From positions 45,136,001-45,200,000 of the forward strand of contig OX597833.1 of the NCBI GenBank assembly GCA_951406725.2: a DNA stretch of 64,000 nt, given 5' to 3'. This DNA comes from Octopus vulgaris. Taxonomy: Eukaryota. A program made the translations under genes and the position numbers. The notes under the pieces are model-generated. The model ran no database searches and was not told the origin of the DNA. It saw only the letters and a program-made list of their open reading frames with translations. Positions within the stretch are counted from its first letter, which is position 1; each line of letters starts with the position of its first letter. This document shows, piece by piece, positions 14,102 through 27,301 of the stretch.

Positions 14102-14621
14102 AAGACATTTGTACTGCAGAGCCAGAGCCGGTTTCAGCTGGGTTGGTATTGAAAGGGTTAAATGATAAAGAGTTAAATTCACTTATCTATAGTATGAGAT
14201 ACGACTGACTGATTGACTGACTAATAGCTCCTTTACTGAGATGAAGTTTTGCATTACTTTTCCAAACTAAAGTTTCCATGTGTGTACTGAAACACATTTA
14301 CTATTGATAAAATAAGTTGGTTGTCACTAGTTTGATATACACTGATGGATATGTTTCTATTATTGATTTTTAAATGTGTTTGCTATGTATATGTGTGGAA
14401 GAGATTTAAAAATATATTACAAGAGATTCTAGGGATTTAAAATAAATTTCGAGTAACTAAATTTAATCTGAACTTCTAGGATTAATATCTTCAAGTATCA
14501 TCAAAAGAATAAAAAGACATGAAATAATTAATGTATGTGATTATGTCTTACTACAAAGTTTCAGCATTATAATACTCTATTTTAATAAGGGCATCTATAT
14601 ATATATATATATTTATAGGTG

Positions 14622-14665
<44 letters not shown>

Positions 14666-14667
<2 letters not shown>

Positions 14668-15048
14668 CGCAGGAGTGGCTGTGTGGTAAGTAGCTTGCTA
14701 ACCAACCACATGGTTCCGGATTCAGTCCCACTGCGTGGCATCTTGGGCAAGTGTCTTCTGCTATAGCCCCGGACCGACCAATGCCTTGTGAGTGGATTTG
14801 GTAGAAGGAAACTGAAAGAAGCCTGTCGTATATATGTATGTGTGTTTGTGTGTCTGTGTTTGTCCCCCTAGCATTGCTTGACAACCGATGCTGGTGTGTT
14901 TACGTCGCCGTCACTTAGCGGTTTGGCAAAAGAGACCGATAGAATAAGTACTGGGCTTACAAAGAATAAGTCCCGGGGTCGATTTGCTCGACTAAAGGCG
15001 GTGCTCCAGCATGGCCGCAGTCAAATGACTGAAACAAGTAAAAGAGTA
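14666..15048 (+). mobile_element. tRNA-derived SINE family 1 (~380-400 bp, internal TA/TG microsatellite)
   Basis: A-box-like TGGCTGTGTGG, B-box-like GRTTCAGTCCC, cttgggcaagtg, tail gaaacaagtaaaagag. Other copies: 243-579(-), 29621-30030(+), 37116-37517(+), 37088-37880(-), 42188-42520(-), 53862-54262(-), plus many fragments. Confidence 0.9.
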
Positions 15049-15241
15049 TATATATATATATATCACAGAGTTTATAAAAGAAAATCATTAAATTGCCATA
15101 CCGAGGGATGTCAAGTTAAGACCCTGAAGTGACTGCACCATTTTATAGTAGAGTGCAATTTGAACGTGTTTAAGGCAGTATATAATTATACAATTAAAGG
15201 TAATGCTATTGCTACTTTGGGGTAATCTTTATTTTTAATAT

Positions 15242-15298
<57 letters not shown>

Positions 15299-15376
15299 AG
15301 GGTAAAAATTAATTAATTAATAATTAATCATTTTACCAAGTAGTTCGGTATGTTAAAAGAACCATTACCGATAATG

Positions 15377-15464
<88 letters not shown>

Positions 15465-15542
15465 GGTGTAGCATTGCTTAAGATTTTTATGAAAAGCCTG
15501 TATACATACATCTTTGTTGATGTGTGTATGTGTGTGTGTGCA

Positions 15543-15580
<38 letters not shown>

Positions 15581-16911
15581 CAGACACACACACACACGAA
15601 TGTACATGTTTACTTCTATGTGTTTGTGTGTGTGTATATATATATGTGTGTGTGTGTATATGTATGTGTGTTTGTGTGCATATATATTTAGTAACTGAGA
15701 CTTATATTGTGAATCCGTCCAAACTGAATTTTGTTGATAGTCCTATTGAAGAATTATTGAAAATTTGTTTATATATTAGAAAAAAAAAAAAAAAAGAATG
15801 TTGCATTCTGGTTGTTACTGTTCTTTCTTTTTTTTTTTTTCTTTCTTTAATTTAAAAAAAATTTGATCCTTATTGGAAACCAATTAAATTCGATCCATGT
15901 GTCCAATCCCCTTGCAATGGATTTCATATAGGTGCAGTTATGAGTTGTACTTGGTGTCACATGGAGCACATTTCTGGCATTGACCAATGAGTAGACAGTC
16001 CATATCTTCTCATTGGAATTGCTACACTCTGTTCTTGGCTACGCTACTTACCTCTTGCTGGCTCCGTCCATTTAGGTGTAAAACAAGTATCAACTGACTG
16101 AGTAAGGGAGCTTGTCTTTTTTTTCCCCTCTTTTTTTTTTTTTTTTTTATCCTGCAGTACTGAGTTCAAAACCTGGGGTTTTGGGAAAGCAGACAAAATG
16201 GGATGGTCGGGAACAACAATAAAATTCAACTCCAGTCAAGTATATTTTCTTTGTTTGAAAATTCTCTTGGCATTTCATCTACAGGGTTTAGCGGGAGTTG
16301 TCTTTGCTTCAGTAGATCGCTTCCAACCACCTTCGCTGTAGAGGTATAGTTTTTGCTATTGAGATTAAGCTTATTCACTTCTAGCCTCATTTCTTCATTC
16401 TTTCAGTGGGGCCTTGGATGAACCTTTGAATTTCTACTTTAGAAAAAAAAAGTTACATTATGAGATTTTCTGAAATGTCTGTCAAATAATACATTTTTTA
16501 ACCCTTTTGTTATCATATTTCTGTTGAGATGCTCTGTGTTTCTTTCAATTAATTTTAAATATAACAAAGAATTTAGTAAAATAACTTAGTTATCGTTAAG
16601 CTAGTGTTAGGAACAGAAATTGTGACTAAGGTTTGGTGGAGGAGCTTAATTCAAAACTTTTGAAAACAAGACATTTGTACTACAAAGCTGGAGGCGGTTT
16701 CAGGTGGGTTGATATCAAAAGGGTTAAGACTTAAACTTCTTTTTGTCTCCAAATAAGGCAGCTGAATCTTCATGGTTGTGTATTATTATTATTATTATTA
16801 TTATTACTGTCTCATTTCCAATCTCAAATATACTGCTACCCAACATAAAAGCCGACGCACACAAACAAAACACACAATTATTTTGTTATTCCGTTTTTTC
16901 CAAAGTATAAC

Positions 16912-16942
<31 letters not shown>

Positions 16943-17170
16943 GGATTATTATTAATAAGGTGGGGAATTAGCAGAATCATTAGCATGCCATGCAAAATGC
17001 TTGGTAGTATTTTACCTGCTGCTACATTCTGAGTTCAAATTCTGCTGAGGTTGACTTTGCCTTTCATCCTTTCAGGGTTGATGAATTAAGTACCAGTGAA
17101 ATACTGGGGTAGATGTAATCAACTAGTCCCCTCCCTGCTAATTTGAGGCTTTGTGCCTCCAGTAGAAAAG

Positions 17171-17213
<43 letters not shown>

Positions 17214-17708
17214 GTTTACAAGTAATTAAAAATTATTAATTTTTTTTTTTAATTTACAATTTCCATGTCATGTAAACTTTTTTTTTTTCAACTTGCAGTA
17301 AACTTTTGGAACTCCTAAATTTATTAGTTTTGTATGTTCTCATTTGACACTAACAAGTAGAATTTGTCCTCTTCTTCCCTTACTATTTGTTTGGTACATT
17401 TGCCATACATTGCATGAAATTTTAAAAAAAAAAAGTGTAAACTGCATGTTGCAGAAAAGAAAGAAAGAAAAGAGAGAACTGATAAACTGACGAATTACAG
17501 ATGTTACAAGACTTATATGGTTCAATTAAAAGAAAATTTAATGAAATGCAAAATTAAAAAAAAAAATGAAAATAACATCAACAAAAAACAAGACAAAGAC
17601 AAAATGGAGAAATTTTCATAAAAGTAATTTTTATTTATGAATGCTGGTCACTTTTAAATTAAATGATAGAAATGTATATTGTCTAAATAATATGTATGAA
17701 CACAATGA

Positions 17709-17714
17709 AATAAA
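17709..17714 (+). promoter_or_regulatory. Candidate poly(A) signal AATAAA
   Basis: Upstream TGTA motifs and a downstream T/GT-rich tract (17738-17765), at the end of a 3'-UTR-like block. Confidence 0.35.
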
Positions 17715-18440
17715 GAAAACTGTGTTAAGCTATTAGATGTTTCTTTTTATTTTATATGTGTATGTATAGTGTAGGTAAGGTTGTATAATTAAGATGTTTG
17801 CTTCCCAACAACATAGCTTTGGGTTCAGTCCCACTGCATGGCTTCTACGATAGCTGCTGGTTGACCAAAGCCTTGTGAATGAATTTGATTGATGTCCTAC
17901 CCATGCTAGCATGGAAAACGGACGCTAAACGATGATGATGATGATGAGTATGCCATCAGTGGCCACGAGAAAGATTCAGTCTCAATAGTCAGATATTGTC
18001 AAGTCAGCCAGATTCATTTGCAGGTCTGGAACATCATCAACAACAGCTCCAGCAGGTCAGTGAGAGCTATTGCTAAGTAGCTCATGGTGGTGGCAGAGTC
18101 CACTATCAGATGTATGGTGCATGAGGACCAAACACTACTGTAATAAGAAGAAGGACGTTTACATCTGTCAACATCAAAAAGAATTGTGTGATCATGATAC
18201 CTTCTGGGTCTCTTGATTTTGAGCACCAGTGGACAGCTGCATCTTTGATATTGTTACAGGGAAGACTAACTCCATATGACACCCACCCCTGGCATTAAGG
18301 ACTTGTTGAGGTTTGCTGTCTTAGATGTAGTGGGTTGTATAGATTGTGGTCACTTGATTCTTGTATGCAATCACTTATATGGCCATACTGGGGCAGAAGC
18401 TGTGTTTATTGTCTGGCTTGGTTTTTTTTTTATATACATA

Positions 18441-19445
18441 CAGGGGTTGGACAAAATAATGGAAACACCTTAGAATTTCAAACAAATTTATTTCAATATG
18501 GTGTAGGACAGTAATTACAGCTTGAATTCTTGAATTGTTTCCAAAGGAAATTTTGTCCATTCTTCAGCTAAAACAGTCTCCAGTTCTTGTTGTGATGATG
18601 GTGGAGGATATCAATTCTTTACTTGTTTTTCGAAAATGCACCATAAATATTCAATAATATTGAGATCTGGGGACTGTGGTGGCCAAATAAGGTGTTCAAC
18701 TTCACTAGAATGTTCCTCATGCCATTCATGCTGTGTGAATTGGTGCATTATCATCCTGAAAGATTGCATTTCCCTCTGGAAACAGTTCCATAACCATAGG
18801 ATGAATTTGATAAGATAAAATGCTTAAATAGTCTTAACTATTAATTTGTCCGAGAAAATAATGTTCTTTCACTGCTCTAGGGACCAATGCTGTTGGTTTT
18901 TACTCCACTCTAAATGCTTTGCAACGTTTGTTTTTGAAAGTAGTGGTTTCCTGATTGCTGCCCTCCCGTGAAATCCAGTTTTGAGCAGCTCCCAGTGAAC
19001 AGTTTTTGTGGAAACTGGGTTCTTAAGGTGGTCATTAATATCTGCAATAATTTTGGGAGCTGTATTGTGATTCTTTCAAACAATTCGCATAAGAGACCTA
19101 TGGTCCCTATCTAAAAGTTTTAGTTTTCTTCCAAAGTTTTGTTTCGCCGAGGATTTTTTTCCCTCTTTCTCAAAGGCTTATCATTACCTTCAAGACAGTA
19201 CTTCTTGATACACCAAACATTTTGGCTGTTTTCATTATGCTAGCACCTGCTATACAAGCACCAACAATTTGGCCTCTTTTTCTGATTATGTCTGAAAAGA
19301 AACAGCAATTTTAGCATAACATATTAAGCAACACTGATAATAAATCAAAAAACATGAAAATAAACAAGCTTTTGACTGTTTTATAGATATTTCAAAATTA
19401 TGCTGCTATGATGGTAGGTGTTTCCATTATTTTGTCCAACCTTTG
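18441..19445 (-). mobile_element. Tc1-like DNA transposon, internally deleted and decayed
   Basis: 30-bp TIRs CAGGGGTTGGACAAAATAATGGAAACACCT (2 mismatches) with TA on both sides. Minus-strand transposase remnants: KRGQIVG..AGAS, AAIRKPLLS, IIFSD, FQDDNAPIH, WPPQSPDLNIIE. Confidence 0.93.
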
Positions 19446-21307
19446 TATATCTCTGAATATGTGATATTTCATCTGAGGGTGTGTTGCAGTTTTTTTTTTT
19501 CTGTTTAGTGTCTTGTTTTATTCACTGTGTTTTGTTCCCAAATAACTGGTGCATTCTATATATGTCTGTTTATGTATATTAATAACATCATTATTTTTCC
19601 ATGCTTACATGAGTCAGAGGGAATTTGTTGAGGCAGATTTTTCTATGATCAAAAAGTCATCTTGTTATCAGTCCTAGCTTATTGCCAAGCAAGGAAATTG
19701 CTAGACATGTTTTTCATGAAGTCTGGAAAGGAATGACCTTGACTGTATAACAATGATGCTTATATCCAATCATCACATCATATCTAGTCATGGTTACACA
19801 TTGACACACGAACATACATTTTCACACACACATATATATGATGAGCTTCATTCAGTTTCTGACTACCAAATCTACTCGTAAGGCTTTGGTTGGCCTTAAG
19901 TACCATACAGTTGGACTGAACCTAAAACCTCAAGGTTGGGAACCAAGTTTCTTAACTACACAACCATGACTATGCCTATATATTTAATCATAGTCAACAA
20001 TCATTTGATATCTACTTTGTCATGCTTGAATGGTTCAGCTGAAATGTGTTGCTGTAGGTCTTGCAGCCAAATGCGCTTTCTGTCAACAACCTTCACCAGC
20101 TTCCAGGTAAGGTAATAATTTTCCATAGTCCTTCAAATGCTAACAGCCCAACGACCAGACATGTTTTTATGGTAGATTGCAAATGAATGACAGTCAGGTA
20201 AATTGTGGGAGACAAAGTTTTGTTAGGTACTTATTTCAGGGGAGGATGTTGGAAAACAATTAAGTGGTTGTATCTAGGACATTTGTTTTTCCATGCTAAT
20301 TGAACTAAACCTTATTTCAGATTGGATATTACCAATGGATGTTATCCTGTCACCAACATAACTGTTTTTTGAATAAAAGGTTTTTTATTCTGCAGGATTT
20401 CAAAAGTATAGAGCTTCACTCTCTCATGCCAATTACAAGGTGACCCCACTAAAGCTTGTTCTATGAAAAAGCATCCCGTACTCTCTATAAAGTGGTTGGC
20501 AGTAGGAAGCACATCCAGCCATAGAAACTATGCCAGAACTGAGACTTCAGAATATGGCTTAGCCCTCTGATTTGTTAGATCCTTCAACTATGGAAGGTGA
20601 GCATGAAATGCTACTGCTGCTGCTGATAATGATGGTACTGTAAAAGATAACAGGTGAAAATGAAATTCTAAGAGGTTGCAGTTCTAGAAGGGTGTGTAAA
20701 GGCTTTGATTTGGCATCTGAAAATTTAGTAAGAGTGACAGTAGAGAAGAGGTTTCTGCATCATGCAAATTTAAATGGAAGACAAACAGAAATAGTTAGTC
20801 TAAGGCAATGCCTGAATTCAGTTTAATTTTGAGCATTGGCATGCAAAATGCTTCTGGATCTCAGTTCTTTGGGTTCAATTTCTGCCAAGGTTAACTTTGA
20901 TCCTTGTATGGTTGATAAATAAAAGTACTGGTTCAGTAGATGGATTGATACTTCTGTCTCTCTGAATGAGAAACATGGGCTCAGGTAGGTTCAGATGGTT
21001 AAGATACATTTTCTATTATCACAGTGCCCCTACAACTTGATCTGGGGTTGAGGACTCAAGAAAGAAAGGAATGAAGTCAGCTTGGCATGGCTTATCCTTT
21101 CCCAAACTACAAGCTATAGAAAAAAATTGAACTCATCGCTGAGGAAATACTGTTCTGTTCACAATAAGGTGTTGGTTCTATTCTGAAATATCTATTTACA
21201 ATTAATTGATCTAAGCTAAGAACAAAATATAGCACCAGTGATAGCATATGAAGTGCTACCCCTCAAATACCTATATCTAGGCACAGGCGTAACTGTGTTG
21301 TAAGAAG

Positions 21308-21902
21308 GTGGGAAGCTGGCAGAAGGTGGTGAGCTGGCACGCCGGGTGAAATGCTTAGTGGTAATTCATCTGCCATTACGTTCTGAGTTCAAATTCCACC
21401 GAGGTCAACTTTGCCTTTCATCTTTTCGGGGTCAATTAAATAGGTACCAGTTACGCACTGGGGTTGATATAATCGACTTAATCCGTTTGTCCTTGTTTGT
21501 CCCCTCTGTGTGTAGCCCCTTGTGGGCAGTAAAGAAATAGGTGTTTCATCTGCCGTTACATTCTGAGTTCAACTTCCGCCTAGGTCGACTTTGCCTTTCA
21601 TTTTGCGGAGTTGATAAATTAAGTACCAGTTATGCACTGGGGTCGATATATTCGACTTAATCCCTTTGTCTGTCCTTGTTTGTCCCCTCCATGTTTAGCT
21701 CCTTGTGAGCAATAAAGAAATAGGTATTTCATCTGCTGTTACATTCTGAGTTCAAATTCTGCCAAGGTCGACTTTGCCTTTCATTTTTCGGGGTCGATTA
21801 AATAGGTACCAGTTATGCACTGGGGTCGATATATTCGACTTAATCCCTTTGTCTGTCCTTGTTTGTCCCCTCTATGTTTAGCCCCTTGCGGGCAATAAAG
21901 AA
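21308..21902 (+). mobile_element. Tandem trimer of SINE family 2
   Basis: Units at 21308-21540, 21541-21721 and 21722-21902, bracketed by one GTAAGAAG duplication inside a family-1 SINE head. Confidence 0.85.
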
Positions 21903-22080
21903 GTAAGAAGCTTGCTTCCCAACCACATGGTTCACATTGGGAGTCTTCCCAATGTGAATCCAACAGAGGGTCCTGCTATCCTAGTTGACTGACAACCGTA
22001 TGATAGAGAAGCTCACTAAGGATATAAAGACAGAAAAAGCCCCTGATCCATCAGGAATTACTGCCCAGATGCTTAAAATA

Positions 22081-22467
22081 TCTTTATATATAAAAGTAAG
22101 GTTGTGTGCTGTCTGTCTCCTATGATTTAGATTCCTAACAACTCCCACATTTTGCGGTGCAGTTTAACCAAAACCGGGTATCTTATAGTCGTGATTCATA
22201 TCGAGCCCTTCTGGGTATTAGCGCGTGTCTACGATTTAAAAAAAAATTTACCATCAATTTTTCCCATTTTTTAATGCATTTTTGACATATATAAGGGAAG
22301 TAACTCTCTAAAAATTTAGTATTAAATCTCAGAACGTAAAAAGCTACAGTAACACCCACCCCTTTGTGGTTAGCCATATTGAGATGGCTATTATACTTTA
22401 CATCTCTAAAAATGCTTATATAGTTATTTCCCTTACAAACCCGAGCAACGCCGGGCGATACTGCTAG
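22081..22467 (+). mobile_element. Non-autonomous Helitron
   Basis: A|TC start, subterminal hairpin cccgagcaacgccggg, CTAG|T end, no TSD; splits an RTE relic. Confidence 0.85.
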
Positions 22468-22574
22468 TCTAGCATAAAAGAATATGGTTTAGTCAGTCAT
22501 ATAGTTAATCAAATTATTCAGCAAGGTATCATCCTCAATAACTGGTGTAGCTGCATTATAAAATATTTCGGGAA

Positions 22575-22830
22575 ACGTGTGTTAGACACATGGAGATCAA
22601 AAAGGTGTTCAGTGTTGTTGTTGGTGAGGTGGTTGATAACCTTGTGGGTGTTTACCAAGTCCGTCGCCAGACGCCGGAGCTTCAGGGAAACAAGGCGCTC
22701 AGAATATGGTAGGTGTCTGATGGAGGGTATGCGTTTGGTTGCACGTCTCTGGACAGATTCCAGGAGGTCAATGTTCTGAGCAAGATAGGGAAGTGATGCC
22801 AAGACACCCTCGGCCTTCTTGACAATTTTA
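22575..22830 (-). mobile_element. CR1-type LINE fragment
   Basis: PYLAQNIDLLESVQRRATKRIPSIRHLPYSERL..LKLRRL..DL..THKVINH; same family as 13711-14101. Confidence 0.88.
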
Positions 22831-24405
22831 GAGGTCAGCTGTTACAGGGATAAAGGAGATGTTTTAGAGAAAAGTAACTTTAGAGTTATCAAATTGATGG
22901 ACCAGGTCATGAAAGTCATGGAGAGGGTTATAGCCCAATTAATTAGAAACAGAATTAGAGCAATTGTACTACTGATGTTATCTTTTTAGTCAGATAACTG
23001 CAGAAGTAAACCATCATACTAGGCATTTGCTGTCCTGGAGAAAGCCTTTGACAAGAGTCCCCCAATCTGAAATAAGTGTCTGAGGAAGCTAGGAATAAAT
23101 GAATGGCTTGTGAAAGTTGTACAAACCATGTACTGGGGTGGTGTTAGTAAGGTGAGAGTTAGCCATGAGAACACTGATGAATTTAGTGTGCAGGTAGGCA
23201 TCCACCAGTGCTCACTTTTCAGTCTCCTCCTATTCAACATTGTCTTCCAGGCCATAACGGGAATTTAAGACCAGCTCCCTTGGAAACTACTATATACTGA
23301 TTATCTTGTTTACATAATGGAATCTGTAACAGAATTATAAAAGAAATTCCAGGTGTTGAAGCAAAATCTGGAATCAAAGGGTCTTAAAGTTAGCTTAATG
23401 AAGACTAAGGTTCTAGTAAGTAAGGAAACAGACAGGAACCTACCCCCTTTGGGTAAATGATATGTCGGAAAAGTTTAGGTAGAAATCCCATACAATGTAC
23501 CCGGTGCAAACTATGGACACACAAGAGGTGCAGTAGAATCATGGGAAGGTTAATGAAGAAAGTAGTTTTTGTATGTGGAAGATGCACAGGTGCTGCAAAG
23601 TCTACAGTTACATGGCAAATTGATTTTCTCAAATGCTCTAGAGGTTATGTGACCTAATTAGCAGTGGAGAAAGATGTTCTGAAAGCGTAGTCACTGGAAT
23701 AAGAATATGATGGAGAAAGCTCAGAGAGCTATTACTTGTGTTGGCAACAAAAAGTCTCTCTCTCCAATTGAAAGGCAGATTCTATTATGTTTGTGTACGT
23801 ACAACAATGTTACTTTGTAGTGAGACTTGAACCTTAAATGTAGAAGACATGCAGAGGCTAGCAAGAAATGAAGATAGTATGCCCTAGTGGATGAGCAATG
23901 CAAGTGTGTATGTACAACAAAGTGCAAACCTATTGAGAGAAAAGTTAGGCATAATAGGAATTAGATGTAGTGTGCAAGATATCAAACTATACTGGTTTGG
24001 TCATGTGATGCATAAGGATGATAACAGCTGTATATTGAAGCTCAACCCTTTTGTTACCATATTTCTGTCCACTGAAGAATTTAGTAAAATAACTTTCTCA
24101 TTATTAAGCTAAGGTCTGAAACAAATTAACATAAAATTTTCATGGAAGATTATAATTTACACCATTATAAAATGGTAAGTTTATGTCATAGAACCCAGGG
24201 TAGTCTCAGGCAGATTGGTATCAAAAAGGTTAAAGTGGATGGAAATCATAGAAAAGCTTTTCCCTGTTCTTTTCTCTCTTGAAAGTTACATGACAACTTC
24301 ATTAGAGCCAGTGACACACAAAAAAAAAACTAAAGTACCCAGTACACTCTGTAAAGTAGTTGGCTTTAGAAAAGGCATCCAGTCGTAGAAAACATACCAG
24401 ATGAT

Positions 24406-24441
<36 letters not shown>

Positions 24442-25549
24442 ACCCACCTACCATGGCATAACTGATATCCTAAAACCAAAGTTCCACATAAAAAGCACTG
24501 GCGTTGGTACCACTTAAAAAGTACCCAGTATACTCTGTGGAGTGATTGGCATTAGGAAGGGTGTCCAGCTGTAGAAACCAATCCAAAACAGACTATAGAA
24601 CCTGGTGCAGCCCCAGGTCTTACCAGTTCCTGTCAAGCCATCCAACCCATGCCAGCATAGGAAATGAATGATGATGATGATGATGATATATACAATGGGC
24701 TTTTTTCAGTTACCATCTATTTTATCAAATTCACTCACAAGGTTCTGCTTAGCTCAGAGCTATACTAGAAGTCACTTTTCCAAGGTACCACACACTGGGA
24801 CTGACTCAATACCACATTGCTGGGAAGTCAGCTTTTTAACTAAAGACCAACGCCTATGTCTATATAGTAAAGTGTTAAGAAATACATAACATTAATTTGT
24901 TTATGAGGAAAAAACGAATTCTAATGTTTCAGGAGTGGCTCTTTTGACAAGGCAGTCTGTACTGTATGTTGAAACTCCTCCTAGTTTTCATGAAGTTAAA
25001 ATAAGGATTGAGAGATATACGCATCTCTCTTCTGGGATAGGAAAGCAGAATCAATGTAAACATTTGTCTACAGAACCATTTTCCTCAACAAAATGGGATT
25101 GTGAAACATCCACAAGTTACACAGTATTTTCCATTCCTTATAGAGATGAACTCTATTATGTTATGGTACATATTTATAGCCAGGCAGTGAGTTAAGTGTG
25201 TTTGATAGAGAGACAACAGTATAGTCCAAGCTAAGGGACATGAATGTTCAACTCTTCAGCTGGCAATGCTGGCATCAGAATGATTCATCCAGCTGAAATT
25301 TTCTGGCTGTTAATAACAGTTAACCCATTCAAGTCTACAAAGCTGGTAACAAACGCAGTATTGTTCATTGTGTTGGTTGAAAAATTGCTCAGATTCAATT
25401 TCTTGTATGCGAAAGTCCTTCCATTTCTCTCTAAAGCATTTAATAACAAATAGTTACAGTTAGAATACAGTAGTCATCGTTAGAAGCTGTGGACTATGCA
25501 TTAGTCAATGTATTAATAACAGTTTACAGATAAGACAAGTAGGCATGTG

Positions 25550-25590
<41 letters not shown>

Positions 25591-25775
25591 ATATATATAC
25601 ACATACACACACATACATACAAATATATAAATATATGTAAATAGACATATATATGTACACATACATATACATCCACACAAACACACATAAATATATATAT
25701 ATATATATACATAAGTACACATACACACCCACTTATAAATGTATATCATGCACACATACACATAACTATATGGTA

Positions 25776-26816
25776 CAAGGTCTGTAAATAAAGTAATGAC
25801 ACTAGCCTCATAGCATTCAATCTGACAGCACTGTGAGGTTCCCCTTCATGGTGTTGCCACATCAGTGTCCCCTATAACTTCAGTTCGAGTAGAAACCATG
25901 TAGCATTAACAGGTGAACTGTGAGTGAATGTTTTGTTATGGAACAAATCAGAGACCCTGCATGATCTGATTGCCAGTTAACCATCAGACTGATTGCAGAG
26001 AAGCTGAATTTGAAGCACACTACCATTCTTCAAGTTTTGATCAACAGATTGGGAATGAGGAAAATTTTTGAAAAATTTGTCCTCCAAAATCTTACACCTA
26101 AGCAAAAAGACTATAGGAAGGAAGTGTACTGTGGTTTTCTGGAATGGAATGAAAATTACTCAGATTTTCTCACATCAGTACAGGTAATGAATCATGGATT
26201 TTTGAATATGATCCAGAAATAAAATACCTAAGTCAGGAGTGGTACACTGCAAACTCATGTGGCTGAAAAAAAGCAAGAATGAGCAAATTGAAAATTAAAA
26301 CTTTGCTCATTTGGGTTTTTTAAAATATTTTTGACAGCTATGGAGTTGTCCATAAAGAATTTGTTCTTCAACGACTGATAGTCAGTCAGCATTCTTACTA
26401 TGAGGGTCTTGAAAGGCTGTGAAAATGGGTTGCTTGCATGGTGCCAAACATCAAAAAAACCCACATTTCATTACTATGTGCCTTGTCACATGGCGCTTTT
26501 GATTACAGAGTTTTGGGCACAGATAAGTATCCCTGTTCTCCCTAAGCCCATGTATTTGCCTGACCTGAGTCTGTGAGATTTCTTTCTCTTGCCAATATTG
26601 AAAATTCACCTCTAAGGGCATAATTTTAGTATGTTGGGAAACAAGCAGCTTATGCCCATTCCAATTTCTGAGTTCCAGCATTGCTGTAGAGTTTAAATGG
26701 CATTTTGGGTATTGTGTGGTGTCCCAAGGGAACTGTTTTGAAGGAGACAGAGTTGATTTGTAGCTTAATTATAAATGAAAGGGCTTACTGAAAAAGTCTC
26801 ATTATATTATTTACAA
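25776..26816 (+). mobile_element. Decayed mariner-like transposon
   Basis: Remnants RLIAEKLNL...LGMRKI..KFV, TGNESWIFEYDPE, GVVHKEFV and YLPDLS..DFFL, with stops and frameshifts. Confidence 0.8.
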
Positions 26817-26821
26817 GTAGA

Positions 26822-27132
26822 GGCGCAATGGCCCAGTGGTTAGGGCAGCGGACTCGCAGTCAGAGGATCATGGTTTCAATTCCCAGACTGAGCATTGTGT
26901 GTGTTTATTGAACAAAAGCACCTAAAGCTCCACGAGGCTCCTGCAGGAGGTGGTAGTGACCCCTGTTGTACTCTTTCACCCCAACTTTCTCTCACTTTTT
27001 TTTCCTGTTTCTTGAGTAACGCTGTGATGGACTGGTGTCCCATCCAGCTGGGGGGAACACATATGCCACAGAAACCAGGAAACCGGGCCCGTGAGCCTGG
27101 CTAGGCTTGAAAAGAGCGCATAAAAAAAAAAA
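26822..27132 (+). mobile_element. tRNA-derived SINE family 3 (related copies 44422-44583(-), 61827-62065(+), 10700-11035(-))
   Basis: Head ggcgcaatggcccagtggttagggcagcggactcgc...ggtttcaattccc with Pol III boxes; shared 3' part gatggactggtgtcccatccagc...gagcctgg.taggctt. Confidence 0.8.
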
Positions 27133-27301
27133 ATTTACAAACATCGTATGGTATTATGTTTGTAAGTTATGCAACAGACAAAAAGGTAATCAGTTCATTA
27201 AATTATGTGTAACCGTTACAATAGAACAGAAAATAAACTCCAATAAAATTATATGTATATAGTATATATATATATATGTGTGTATGTATGTATGTATATA
27301 A

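Larger units (their letters stand above)
21940..24040 (+). pseudogene. Decayed RTE RT copy interrupted by a Helitron and a CR1 fragment
   Basis: Frameshifted matches to the intact RTE: GITAQMLK, IVNQIIQQGII..NWCS, KLMDQVMKVMER, LEKAFD, LLYTD, PHD remnant CTRCKLWTHKRC...CGRC, WFGHVM. Confidence 0.9.

Noticed and set aside
15358-15381. 10-bp perfect hairpin agaaccatta-ccga-taatggttct
   Set aside because: Short, isolated and next to microsatellite; probably a repeat remnant with no supportable function
26822-26895. tRNA-like sequences at SINE heads
   Set aside because: Pol III boxes are present but no proper cloverleaf forms, and each continues into a SINE body
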